A stretch of 64,000 nucleotides of DNA from Candidatus Bathyarchaeota archaeon (GTDB lineage Archaea; Thermoproteota; Bathyarchaeia; Bathyarchaeales; Bathycorpusculaceae): assembly GCA_963717465.1 (NCBI GenBank), contig OY970340.1, positions 1,664,001-1,728,000 on the forward strand, given 5' to 3'. Below the pieces are notes generated by a model. It had not been told where the DNA came from. It saw only the letters and a list, made by a program, of their open reading frames with translations, and ran no database searches. Shown here piece by piece: positions 41,432 to 51,457 of the stretch; the stretch's first letter is position 1, and every line of letters begins with the position of its first letter. The translations under genes were made by a program, and so were the position numbers.

Positions 41432-42879
41432 AAGAAATACTAATCGATCCAGTTACTAGACTTGAAGGACACGGGAACATATCGATATTCCTCAACGACC
41501 AAGGCGAAGTTGAGAATGCATACTTTAAAGTTCCTGAACTTAGAGGTTTTGAACAATTCTGCGTTGGCAGAAGAGCTGAATTGATGCCTCTTCTTACGAC
41601 CAGAATTTGCGGTGTCTGTCCTGTTGCTCACCACTTTGCTTCTGTAAAAGCATTAGATCAAGCATTCAATGTTGAGCCTCCGTCAGCAGCAAAGAAACTA
41701 AGAGAACTCATGTATGCTGGGTATTACATTTATGATCATACTTTGCACTTTTACTTCCTCGGCGGACCAGACTTTGTCGTAGGTCCAGATGCTCCACCAG
41801 AAAAACGCAACATTATAGGCGTAATCGAAAAGGCAGGCTTAGATGTTGCAAAAGAAGTAATCAAACATAGAGCTTACGGACAAAAAATAACCGCAATCAT
41901 AGGTGGAAAAGCAACTCATCCAGTCTGTGGATTACCCGGTGGAATGTCCAAAGCTCTAAGTGAAACTGACAGAAAAGAAATTCTTATGATGGCCGAATCA
42001 TCCGTTAAATTTGCTCAATTGACACTGAAAATATTCCATGACATCGTGCTTGGAAACAGTGGCTATGTTGATTTAATAAAAAGCGATGCTTATACTCAAC
42101 AGACTTACTATATGGGCATGGTCGATGACAACAACAAAGTAAGCTTCTACGACGGAAAAATCCGAGTAGTTGACCCTGCAGGCAAAGAATTTGTAAAATT
42201 CGAAGGAAAAGACTACGCGAACCAGATTGGTGAACACGTAGAGGAATGGTCATACGCTAAATTCCCATACCTTAAGAAGGTTGGCTGGAAAGGATTAACA
42301 TATGGTCCAGACAGCGGCGTTTACCGAGTTGGCCCACTTGGACGATTAAATGCGTCTGATGGCATGACAACTCCATTAGCACAAGCAGAATACGAAGAAC
42401 TGAAAAAGACTTTAGGCAAACCAGTTCATGGCACCTTAGCATTCCACTGGGCACGATTAGTTGAATTACTGTACGCAGCAGAGCACGCAGTTGAAATGGC
42501 AAAGGATCCAGAGATAACAAGCACAAACATTCGTGCTAAACCAGGTGAACCAGGCGAAGGCGTAGGCGTAGTAGAAGCATGCAGAGGAACACTTTTCCAT
42601 CACTATACTTTAGACAAGGATGCATTAGTAAAAAGCGTTAACATGATAGTCGCCACCACAAACAATTATCCGGCAATATGCATGTCAATCCGCGATGCAG
42701 CTAAAGGCTTAATCCACAACGGCAAATTCGATCAAGGCACACTCAACAAGGTAGAAATGGCCTTCAGAGCTTACGACCCATGCTTCGGCTGTGCAACACA
42801 CTTTGCAGTTGGACAGATGCCGCTTGAAATAACTGTCTACGATTCAAACAGAAAAATCGTAAACACAATCAAACGCTAA
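41428..42879 (+). CDS. mvhA: Group 3c [NiFe] hydrogenase large subunit
   Basis: TRLEGHG, L1 RICGVC, L2 DPCFGCATH plus cleavable C-terminal tail. Confidence 0.94.
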   Translation: MKEILIDPVTRLEGHGNISIFLNDQGEVENAYFKVPELRGFEQFCVGRRAELMPLLTTRICGVCPVAHHFASVKALDQAFNVEPPSAAKKLRELMYAGYYIYDHTLHFYFLGGPDFVVGPDAPPEKRNIIGVIEKAGLDVAKEVIKHRAYGQKITAIIGGKATHPVCGLPGGMSKALSETDRKEILMMAESSVKFAQLTLKIFHDIVLGNSGYVDLIKSDAYTQQTYYMGMVDDNNKVSFYDGKIRVVDPAGKEFVKFEGKDYANQIGEHVEEWSYAKFPYLKKVGWKGLTYGPDSGVYRVGPLGRLNASDGMTTPLAQAEYEELKKTLGKPVHGTLAFHWARLVELLYAAEHAVEMAKDPEITSTNIRAKPGEPGEGVGVVEACRGTLFHHYTLDKDALVKSVNMIVATTNNYPAICMSIRDAAKGLIHNGKFDQGTLNKVEMAFRAYDPCFGCATHFAVGQMPLEITVYDSNRKIVNTIKR

Positions 42880-43069
42880 GCTCTTCTCAATCTTTTCAAT
42901 CTCGACGTTATGCATCGAATCTATTTTTATCAACTTTTAAAAAATCAAATAGGCACAGCGATAGTTAGAATCTTTAACCGGTGACTTCAAAGAAGAGAAT
43001 TATTTATATTCATTTCCTATATTCTAAATCCAAGCCAGTAAAATTGAAAGATTAAAATAGTTTGATAGA

Positions 43070-43672
43070 ATGCAGGGGATTACGATGTCTAAAGCATGTG
43101 TTGATAAAGCTTGTTCTTTGATTAAAGAGTGCAAGGGAGTTTGTTCAATCGTTAAAGTGTTAGATGAAAAGGAACGCAGTAAACTGCTTGAGTTAGAAAA
43201 AGCTGAAGAAGGCAGTATGGTTCAGTTTGGCGCAGGGTTTGAGAATCAGGGAATGGCTGAAGCGTTAAGCCGAGATGTTGTTATTTTGATAATAAATGAT
43301 AATACTTTTGAGTACCGTGAGCCAACAATTGTCCTTAAGGCTGATGAAGAAATAGTTGGCGAGATAGTATCTGATCCAGAAAAAATTCGAGAAATGAAGA
43401 ATAAACCTGGTTACTTGGTCTCAGGAAACAATTTTGTTATTTATACCCATAAGTTAAGGGGGAAAAAGGGGATCAAGATGAAGTTTATTACGCTACCATT
43501 TTCGCTTCCCCATGACGGTCTTAAAAACGGTTCTGCTGACTTCGGAGTAACAGATGTAATATGCGGATGGCCTTCAAGAGGCGTCGACTCCTACATAAAA
43601 AGCCAGTATAACTTAGAAACTAAGGACCTCAACATTGGCACCTTACTGGTAGGTTTCAACGTCAAAAAGTAA
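43070..43672 (+). CDS. Conserved-looking hypothetical protein
   Basis: 200-aa ORF with normal codon usage; no recognised motif. Confidence 0.6.
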   Translation: MQGITMSKACVDKACSLIKECKGVCSIVKVLDEKERSKLLELEKAEEGSMVQFGAGFENQGMAEALSRDVVILIINDNTFEYREPTIVLKADEEIVGEIVSDPEKIREMKNKPGYLVSGNNFVIYTHKLRGKKGIKMKFITLPFSLPHDGLKNGSADFGVTDVICGWPSRGVDSYIKSQYNLETKDLNIGTLLVGFNVKK

Positions 43673-43721
43673 ATACTTGATTTAAGTTATGCCAAATTTC
43701 ATTTCATTTTGCTTAAAATGT

Positions 43722-44480
43722 CTATTTCGTTTGCATAGCAATTGAGCGTCTTGTTAGACCTAGCCCAAGAAAGTTTCTTAGTGTTTGGCAGTTTTTTACG
43801 GCGTTAGCGTTATAATCGTTATTGAAGTAACAGTAGACTTGCTTGGACTTTATTTTATTGATTTTTTGCGTCCATCCTTCCAGTTCCTCATCAGGATAGA
43901 AATGCTTGTACCATCCATTCTTCCCATGAAACCGGATATAAACGATGCTTGCGTTTTTTACTAGGTAATCAGGCAGATCAGAAGCGGAAACACTGCAAAA
44001 AACTAAGCCATTTTTCTCCATGAAACTGTAAACTTCCTTATCCCACCAGCTTTCATGCCTAAACTCCAACACGTTAGTAATTGATGGGTCAACCTGATTT
44101 GCTATCTTTTCAAGCAATTCCATGTTTTTGTTGACGAATGGCGGCAACTGAAAAAGCACACAAGATAACTTTTCATTTAAAAATTTAGCAGCTGCATAGA
44201 ATCGGTCTATTAATTCTTTGGTTTCATTGAATTTGCGTGAATGCGTTATTAGACGGTTAGCTTTCAGGATAAATTTGAAATCTTCTGGTGTTTGTTGGTG
44301 CCAGTTTTGAAGCATGCTTTGTTTGGGAAACCTGTAAAATGTGCTGTTAACTTCTAACGTGTTGAAGTATTGTGAGTAAAATTCAAGCCATTTTTTCTTG
44401 GCTAAATTTGATGGGTAAAAAAGGTTTTTCCAATGATCGTAGTAGTAGCCAGAACAACCCAGATAAAACTGCCTATTCAT
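43722..44480 (-). CDS. DUF72 (YecE) family protein
   Basis: GCSGYYY..W..FYP, EVNSTFYR, LFQLPP, EFRH.SW, YIRFHG, YFNND. Confidence 0.92.
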   Translation of the reverse strand: MNRQFYLGCSGYYYDHWKNLFYPSNLAKKKWLEFYSQYFNTLEVNSTFYRFPKQSMLQNWHQQTPEDFKFILKANRLITHSRKFNETKELIDRFYAAAKFLNEKLSCVLFQLPPFVNKNMELLEKIANQVDPSITNVLEFRHESWWDKEVYSFMEKNGLVFCSVSASDLPDYLVKNASIVYIRFHGKNGWYKHFYPDEELEGWTQKINKIKSKQVYCYFNNDYNANAVKNCQTLRNFLGLGLTRRSIAMQTK

Positions 44481-44705
44481 AATTTAAAGTTCCAATCATT
44501 AAGCAAGTGTGATTAAACTTTTATCGATTTGTTGGCTAACCGATTACAACCACAGAAAGTAATTCTTGCATTCTATTACCATCTGGGTGCGGTTTGGCAA
44601 TTACAAAGGCAACATTACCGTTTAGGTGACTTTCGAATCTGTATAAAGATTCAAACTCAACAAGTTTTTTATTCAGATCATTCGTTCTGTGCTTGGAGAT
44701 AAATC

Positions 44706-45194
44706 GTGACCTATGAACTCGAACTAATCACGGCCACAACTGTTGCTCTAATCGTTATAATCATGGCTGTATACCTGCTCGTTCTAAGAAGAAACGGTTG
44801 GGCAGGCAAGAGCACCAATTATCAATGCACAAACCCAGCGTGCAAAAAAACCTTCCAAAAACCATTAGAAGTTACAGATTCAGCAGATTCACGACTAACT
44901 CATTTTGTCTGCCCTGAATGTGGCTACGATCTAAGCACGCTTGTTTCTAAAAAACGCCTCATCTTTAATAAAGACTCAAACCTAAAAAGCAGACATACTC
45001 TGAATCTATCAAGAAACAAGGAACAACCATCAAGAATTGACGAGACACCCTTAGGATGCAAGTTTCATTTCGGGTACTTATTTTCTCTTCAAAAAGGTTC
45101 ACCATTTCCTCATCAATGCTTTGAATGTCCAAAACTAATAGATTGTTACAGACCACTGGAAAAAAGAATGAAAAATGAACCAGGTGGGATTTGA
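44706..45194 (+). CDS. Membrane-anchored protein with two Cys-rich Zn-binding modules
   Basis: N-terminal TM helix; CTNPAC..CPEC; CKFHFGYL...CFECPKLIDC. Confidence 0.7.
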   Translation: MTYELELITATTVALIVIIMAVYLLVLRRNGWAGKSTNYQCTNPACKKTFQKPLEVTDSADSRLTHFVCPECGYDLSTLVSKKRLIFNKDSNLKSRHTLNLSRNKEQPSRIDETPLGCKFHFGYLFSLQKGSPFPHQCFECPKLIDCYRPLEKRMKNEPGGI

Positions 45195-45198
45195 ACCC
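45173..45198 (-). repeat. Degenerate copy of the tRNA-Ala 3' end (att-like)
   Basis: 23/26 identity with 56863-56888, same orientation. Confidence 0.65.
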
Positions 45199-45817
45199 AG
45201 CGTAAGTTGAGATAACACCCGCATTTTCTATCTTCTTCAAGATATAGTGGCTGATTTTTCAAGCTAAATGAGCACTCCAATCAAAAAGCTTATCTTTTTA
45301 GCTTCAATGTCTAAGTGTTTTTGATTAGTTTTAGGCTTCTGATCTGCTTGGTTCTGGAGTTTTAGTATGCTTTTTTGATTCATAAATTTATTTAGGTTAA
45401 AAGCCGTTGATACAGGATGTTGCCCACCTAAAGACAAGAAAACATGTACAACTATGGTTGACGTTTAATCCAAGAAAGAATCAAATCCGTAATAGACAAC
45501 CAACATATATTCGACTATTCGCCTTAATTTCTTGGGCTAAAACAGAGTCAGCTTAAACTAAAATATGTAATCAGGTGTTAAATTGGCTAGCAAAGCTGGA
45601 AACTCATTTAAATATTTGCTAAAAAGCTACGGTTTCAATCAGAATGTAACAGAGAACATCTGGAAAATCTATAAAAAATAATCATACACGGCTGTTTTTA
45701 AAATAGTTCCCAGGATAATTTTTGGTTAATTAATTTCTTTAATAGCGTCAAATGAAGAACAAATAAAAAAGTAAAAAAGAATAACATTAAACTTGTAAAA
45801 GTGTTAACTTTTTAAGT

Positions 45818-45961
45818 TTAATATCTTCTTGGCGGTCTTCGTTTTGAATAACATTCTCTGCAATAAACTGGCCTTGTGCCATCTGGCTTGAAAGGAACAT
45901 CGCATTCTTTTCCACAGTCAGCACAGGTTGCCTTATGCATTTCTTTGTTTCCATATGACAT
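45818..45961 (-). CDS. CxxC-x17-CxxC small zinc-binding protein (47 aa, below ORF-track cutoff)
   Basis: MSYGNKEMHKATCADCGKECDVPFKPDGTRPVYCRECYSKRRPPRRY. Confidence 0.88.
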   Translation of the reverse strand: MSYGNKEMHKATCADCGKECDVPFKPDGTRPVYCRECYSKRRPPRRY

Positions 45962-46258
45962 TTCTTTTTTCACTTCCTATTTAACTAATTTAGCACGTCG
46001 CTAATTTGCAAATCATTTGCTTATATATTCGCGGTAAAACCTACTATAAAATCTACCTATTGGAAATTTAACTTTGATCATAAGCAACCCGAAAGAATTG
46101 GAAAACTTCCATATATTAGACCGTGTAAAGGGCTTTCGTTGTTGTAATTTGGCGAATTCGTTACCCAACATTAAAATAAATTATTTGACTGTTGCAATAT
46201 AGCATCACGTTCCATTTAGAGATAGTGAGTTAACAGAAAACTGGAGTAATAAATTACA

Positions 46259-46426
46259 TTGAAGAAAAAGGATAGTATAGACGTAAGTGAATCAGAAACT
46301 TTCAAGTCCTACAATGAGAAGCTGAAAGCGAAGTATGGTGACAACTGGCTAGGTAAGGGCAAGTGTACAGGATTAGAGTTTAAACGTTGGTTAGCTCTAC
46401 GTGACAATAAAACAGAAATTCCGTAA
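46259..46426 (+). CDS. Small hypothetical protein (55 aa)
   Basis: TTG start after ggag; MKKKDSIDVSESETFKSYNEKLKAKYGDNWLGKGKCTGLEFKRWLALRDNKTEIP. Confidence 0.4.
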   Translation: MKKKDSIDVSESETFKSYNEKLKAKYGDNWLGKGKCTGLEFKRWLALRDNKTEIP

Positions 46427-46443
46427 CCCCGCGTTAATTGTTG

Positions 46444-46456
46444 TGGACCGGGCGGG
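46444..46456 (-). repeat. Second tRNA-Ala 3'-end remnant
   Basis: tggaccgggcggg identical to 56866-56878. Confidence 0.6.
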
Positions 46457-46783
46457 CTTCTAAAAGATTATTCATAACGAGTTTGTTAAGAACACCTTTC
46501 CTGTGGCGGGATTAACTCCGCTCGACCATACGAGAGAGTCTTTACTAACCAGCGCTTCTCCATCAACTATTCCGGGCACGCGGCGATATCTTATTTATCT
46601 GCAATGCAGAAACATATCAGACTATACGAAAAATCATTATTAATAAACTGAAGGAATAAGCGATAATAATAAAATATAACGCCCACTAACCAATATAACA
46701 TGGTTAAAAGAATCGTTAAAATTGACGAGGAATTCATTCAAATTATTATGAGTTATAAAAATCAGTAAGCCTCTGACAGAGGA

Positions 46784-49582
46784 ATGGCAAAAATGGGAAC
46801 TATAAACCTTGATAAAATGTTTAATCCAAAAAGTGTTGCAATAATCGGTGCCAGTGATGAAAAAGGCTCCGTTGGCTACGGGATAGTTAAAAACTTCAGC
46901 GATTCAGGATTTAATAGAAAAGTTTACTATATTAACATTCGTAAACCCGAAATCCTCGGCATCAAAACGTACCAATCAATCGAGCAAGTTCCTGAAGCCG
47001 TTGACTTAGCAATTATCGCTACACCAGCAAAAACCGTTCCTGACGTAATGGAACAATGCGGTAAAGCAAATGTTAAAGGCGTAATCATCGTTTCCGCCGG
47101 CTTTAAAGAAACAGGACCAGAAGGAAAAGCCTTAGAAGATAGAATTTTAACCACCGCCAAAAAATATGGTACCCGAGTAATCGGCCCTAATTGCATCGGC
47201 CTGATCACGCCGAGCGCAAGTCTTAATGCTACATTCGTTGATAAAATGCCTAAACCTGGTCAAGTAGCTTTTCTCTCTCAAAGTGGCGCATTGGGATCAG
47301 CCATTCTTGATTGGGCTATAAATGAAAACATTGGTTTTAGCACTTTCGTATCAGTTGGTTCCATGGTTGATGTGGATTTTGGCGATTTAATCGATTATTT
47401 AGGCTCAGATTCCAAAACCAAGAGTATTCTCATGTATATTGAAGGTATAACTGAAGCTCGAAAATTCATGAGTGCCGCTCGCCATTTCTCGAGTACAAAA
47501 CCTATTATTGTTGTAAAATCAGGTAAATATAATGAAAGCGCCAAAGCGGCATCATCCCACACAGGGGCCCTCTCCGGTGAAGATGATGTGTATGATGCAG
47601 CGTTTAAACGTGCAGGTATTGTCCGAGTGGATGAAATCGAAGACCTATTTAATGCGGCTGAAGTGTTAGGAACACAACCCTTACCTGCAGGTCGTAGATT
47701 GGCAATAATAACAAACGCAGGAGGCCCGGGTGTAATGGCTACCGATGAGTTGATTACTAAGAAGGGCGAATTGGCTAAACTAGATAAATTCACTATTGAC
47801 CGACTCGACAAGATTTTGCCGCCGTTTTGGAGTCATGGTAACCCTTTGGACGTGCTGGGTGATGCCAAACCAGATCGCTATAAAGTAGCAGTGGAAGCAT
47901 GCCTTGATGATGAAAACGTTGACGGTATAGTCATCATCTTAACCCAGCAAGCTAATACAGAACCCGTAGAAACAGCCAAAGCCATAGTAGAGATCATCAA
48001 AAACAAGACCGTAAACAAAACGATTCTCGCATCATTCATGGGATTTGGCCCTGCAACAGAAGCAAACAAAATTTTAAACGACAACAAGATTCCAACTTAT
48101 TCCACACCTGAACAAGCAATTAAAACGTACATGTTCATGTACCAGCATAAGCGTAACTTGGAGCTAATTTACGAGACGCCTGAAGAATTACCTGTCAATT
48201 TAGCTCTCCCAAAAAGGCCCGTTATGAACATTTTTCGAAACGTCGAATGTGAGGACAGAGATATACTCACTGAAGAAGAAGCAAAAGAGGTGCTTAAATA
48301 CTACAATTTGCCCGTCGTAAAAACACTTGTTGCTGCTACTCCCGAAGAAGCTGTGGCACACGCCAAAGAAATCGGATTCCCAGTTGTGCTCAAAATCTTA
48401 TCACCACAAATCACTCATAAAACGGATGCTGGTGGTGTCATCCTAAATCTTCAAAATGAAAAAGATGTTAGGGAAGCCTACGAAACCCTAATTAAAAATG
48501 CTAAAATCTACAAACCTGACGTTAAAATTGTTGGTGTAACAATTCAAAGCATGGTTCAGAAAGAAGGGATTGAACTAATTTTAGGGGCTAAAAAAGACCC
48601 CGTGTTCGGTCCAGTTATACTTTTTGGCATGGGTGGCATTGGCGTAGAACTTTTCAAGGATTACTCAATTAGTTTTCCACCATTAAACACTACCTTAATT
48701 CTCCGAATGATGGAAGAAACCAAAGTTTACACGTTACTCAAAGGCTATCGTGGCTCCTTACCAGTAGACTTAAGCGTTTTGGACAAAATCATACTTCGCT
48801 TCACTCAGTTAATCATAGACTTCCCTCAAATCAAAGAAATAGACATTAACCCATTATTGATGGAGCAAAACAAAGCTACCATTCTAGATGCAAGAATCGT
48901 CATTGACAAGGATGCTTTCAACAAGAAATTAGATTCCCACGAAAACATGATTATGAGCGCTTACCCCAAGAAGTACGAAACTCTATGGACCATGGAAAAT
49001 GAAGAACAAGTAATTCTTCGACCCATTAAACCTGAAGATGAACTCTTATGGCTTGAAATGTTCCAAAGCTTCTCTGAAGAAACCATCCGCAACAGCGCTT
49101 TTGAAATGTTTAAAGACACGCCTCACGAAATCCGCGTTCGATACTGCAACATTGATTATGACAGGGAACTTATGATAATTGCCGAAAAAAACCATTCAGA
49201 ACCAAAAAGAATGATGATAGGCGCTTGCAGAATCAGCATTGATCCTGACGGAAAATCAGGACAGTTGGCGTTTATTGTTGGCGATAAATGGCAAGGCTTA
49301 GGGCTCGGAACAAAGATAGTTGATTATGTACTTGAAATAGCTAAAGAAAACGGGTTGGAAGAGGTGTATTTTGTCACTCGAAAAGACAACAGCAAAGCCA
49401 TAGCCTTAGCAAACAAGATGGGTTTTGTGATAGAAAATCAAGAAGATAACAAAGTTAAAGGAATCCTAAATCTAAAGGAAGAAATCATCAAAAATCCCTG
49501 CATAGAACCGAGACCACAAGAATCCCCGACACAAATCGCACAGCCTAATGCACTAACAGAAGAAACCACAAAACCAACGTAA
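46784..49582 (+). CDS. NDP-forming acyl-CoA synthetase (alpha+beta) fused to C-terminal GNAT (Pat/PatZ architecture)
   Basis: IGPNCIG, SQSGAL, SHTGAL, TNAGGPG, NPLD, HKTDAGGV, EIDINP; GNAT LRPI.PED, WQGLGLG. Confidence 0.9.
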   Translation: MAKMGTINLDKMFNPKSVAIIGASDEKGSVGYGIVKNFSDSGFNRKVYYINIRKPEILGIKTYQSIEQVPEAVDLAIIATPAKTVPDVMEQCGKANVKGVIIVSAGFKETGPEGKALEDRILTTAKKYGTRVIGPNCIGLITPSASLNATFVDKMPKPGQVAFLSQSGALGSAILDWAINENIGFSTFVSVGSMVDVDFGDLIDYLGSDSKTKSILMYIEGITEARKFMSAARHFSSTKPIIVVKSGKYNESAKAASSHTGALSGEDDVYDAAFKRAGIVRVDEIEDLFNAAEVLGTQPLPAGRRLAIITNAGGPGVMATDELITKKGELAKLDKFTIDRLDKILPPFWSHGNPLDVLGDAKPDRYKVAVEACLDDENVDGIVIILTQQANTEPVETAKAIVEIIKNKTVNKTILASFMGFGPATEANKILNDNKIPTYSTPEQAIKTYMFMYQHKRNLELIYETPEELPVNLALPKRPVMNIFRNVECEDRDILTEEEAKEVLKYYNLPVVKTLVAATPEEAVAHAKEIGFPVVLKILSPQITHKTDAGGVILNLQNEKDVREAYETLIKNAKIYKPDVKIVGVTIQSMVQKEGIELILGAKKDPVFGPVILFGMGGIGVELFKDYSISFPPLNTTLILRMMEETKVYTLLKGYRGSLPVDLSVLDKIILRFTQLIIDFPQIKEIDINPLLMEQNKATILDARIVIDKDAFNKKLDSHENMIMSAYPKKYETLWTMENEEQVILRPIKPEDELLWLEMFQSFSEETIRNSAFEMFKDTPHEIRVRYCNIDYDRELMIIAEKNHSEPKRMMIGACRISIDPDGKSGQLAFIVGDKWQGLGLGTKIVDYVLEIAKENGLEEVYFVTRKDNSKAIALANKMGFVIENQEDNKVKGILNLKEEIIKNPCIEPRPQESPTQIAQPNALTEETTKPT

Positions 49583-49627
49583 CCTTAGCTGCAAGAAGTC
49601 TAAAGCTAAAGACCAGAAAATTCCAAC

Positions 49628-50032
49628 CTAAACCCAAATCTTAATGCACATGGCTGTTCCTAAATTAGTTTGCAAAGTATCTGATGACTCTTGATTTAGT
49701 GTTATTATGCGTGTTGACAGATGCTTCGGCCGTGAGAAGCATGATTGGAATGCAGAGTTGAGAAATGAAACGTAAGTCGCTAATCCTTTCAAGTTATGCT
49801 GTGATAAGCTGGCCAGATTCTTAAGCCGACTAAAAACCTGTTCTACAGCAACCCGTTTCTTGTATGCAACCATAAAGATTCTTGGTCCATGACTCCTAAA
49901 CTTTCTATCAACCCTTAAAACGCCACATCTGAAAATAATTTCAGCTAATGTTTCTTCAATATGCTTTTTCATTTTTAATCTGTTTTTCCAAGTATAGACA
50001 AAAAGGAGATAGGGCTGAGATGGGAATAACAC
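49628..50032 (-). pseudogene. DDE transposase C-terminal remnant (IS4/IS5-like)
   Basis: YKKRVAVEQVFSRLK (Y-x2-R-x3-E-x6-K signature); no N-terminal catalytic part or termini found. Confidence 0.65.
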
Positions 50033-50068
50033 GCTTAGCTGTACTTACTAAAAACCCCAATTTTTCAG

Positions 50069-50338
50069 CTACATTTCTGGAGACGCTTTCAATTTCTCGA
50101 TTTCCTTATCCAGGTGGTTAACAACTGCCTCAAGCCTTTTCTTTCTGCGCTCCATAATTGCAATCAACTCTTCCTTTGTCGGCTTAAGCAACATTTCACC
50201 GCAAACTGGACAACGCATACCAGACAGCATCATGTGCATTTTCATATCCATGTCCATGCCGCCCATCCAAGGCTTGTGCCAAGGCATTCCGCCGTAGCCT
50301 CCCCATGAGCCATGACCGCATTCTTTTTCCTGATCCAA
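50069..50338 (-). CDS. Small Met/His/Gly-rich protein with CxxC and C-terminal coiled coil
   Basis: ggaggtga RBS before TTG 50338; MDMDMKMHMM, CPVCGE. Confidence 0.65.
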   Translation of the reverse strand: MDQEKECGHGSWGGYGGMPWHKPWMGGMDMDMKMHMMLSGMRCPVCGEMLLKPTKEELIAIMERRKKRLEAVVNHLDKEIEKLKASPEM

Positions 50339-50698
50339 AAAATTCACCTCCATTTTTTGAAGTTTTGTGGGAACTGGTGGTTGAAGTGTAGAGCTTGAAG
50401 CCATATCACTCAACTCATTGTTTCTACTTCATTTTAGCATTAGATGTGATTTTTCGACTTAATAACTTTCCCGTTAAAATATTAGTGTAGAAACCAAGTT
50501 CTGTTCTTTTTTGTATCTGCCACGTCTTCTAACATCAACTTTCTTGATATTATCCATCATTTAATCAATTGTGCACTCACTTGAATCTATGCCAAAAATA
50601 TGCGCTAGATTCCTGAGAGAACACTAAGAAAACACTTAAGAGGCTAACCCTAGATTTAATCACTTTAGACAATATAACAGTTGAGGCAGATTTACAAA

Positions 50699-51344
50699 TT
50701 GGGTATTTTTGTGAAATTGCTAGGTCATGCGAGTTTCGAGATAAAAGTTGACGACAAAATTATATACGTTGATCCTTATCAAGGCGAATACAAGAATAAA
50801 GCAGACTTAATACTAGTTTCTCATTCTCATACGGATCATTGCGACTCCTCGAGGATAAATGAAATACTAAAAGACAATACTGTGATTATTGCGCCGGCCG
50901 ATTGCGCCTCTAAGATAGGAAAAAGTGTGAAGTCACTTAAACCTGGAGAAAAAGCTTCGGTTGGCAATATTACCGTGCAGGCTGTAGAAGCCTACAACTA
51001 TAAGAGGTTCAGGTCTCCCAATAGTCCATTTCATCCTAAGGGATTAGGAGTTGGCTATTTGTTAACAGTAGAAGGCAAAACTATCTATCACGCGGGTGAT
51101 ACAGATTTCATTCCAGAGATGAGGAATTTAAAGAACATCTACCTCGCGTTGCCTGCCATGTGACGGAACATTTACGATGGACAGCCCTGAAGTAATAGAA
51201 GCCGTATTAACAATCAATCCGAAATATGTTATCCCAATGCACAGTAGACAGACTGACCTCGAGAAAATCAAAAGAGAAGTCGAGGCAAAATCGAAAATCA
51301 AAGTTGTACTTATCCAACCCGGTGAGCAATTCGAAATAAAGTGA
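50699..51344 (+). CDS. MBL-fold metallo-hydrolase (frameshift ~51152)
   Basis: LGHASF, VDP, SHSHTDH, YHAGDTD; second frame continues GTFTMD..IPMH. Confidence 0.85.
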
Positions 51345-51457
51345 TTTAGTGCGCGAAGGAAAGCAATAAAGGGAAATAAAAAAAGAAAAAAGAGAAAGCT
51401 AAAACGATATCTCCAGGCACGTTAAAGCGCTAACTGGTCATGGCCTAAAAACCGCTT

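Noticed and set aside
31034..42879. Selenocysteine recoding in hdrA/mvhD/mvhA
   Set aside because: All relevant positions are Cys codons; nearby TGAs (e.g. 33012) are explained by frameshifts
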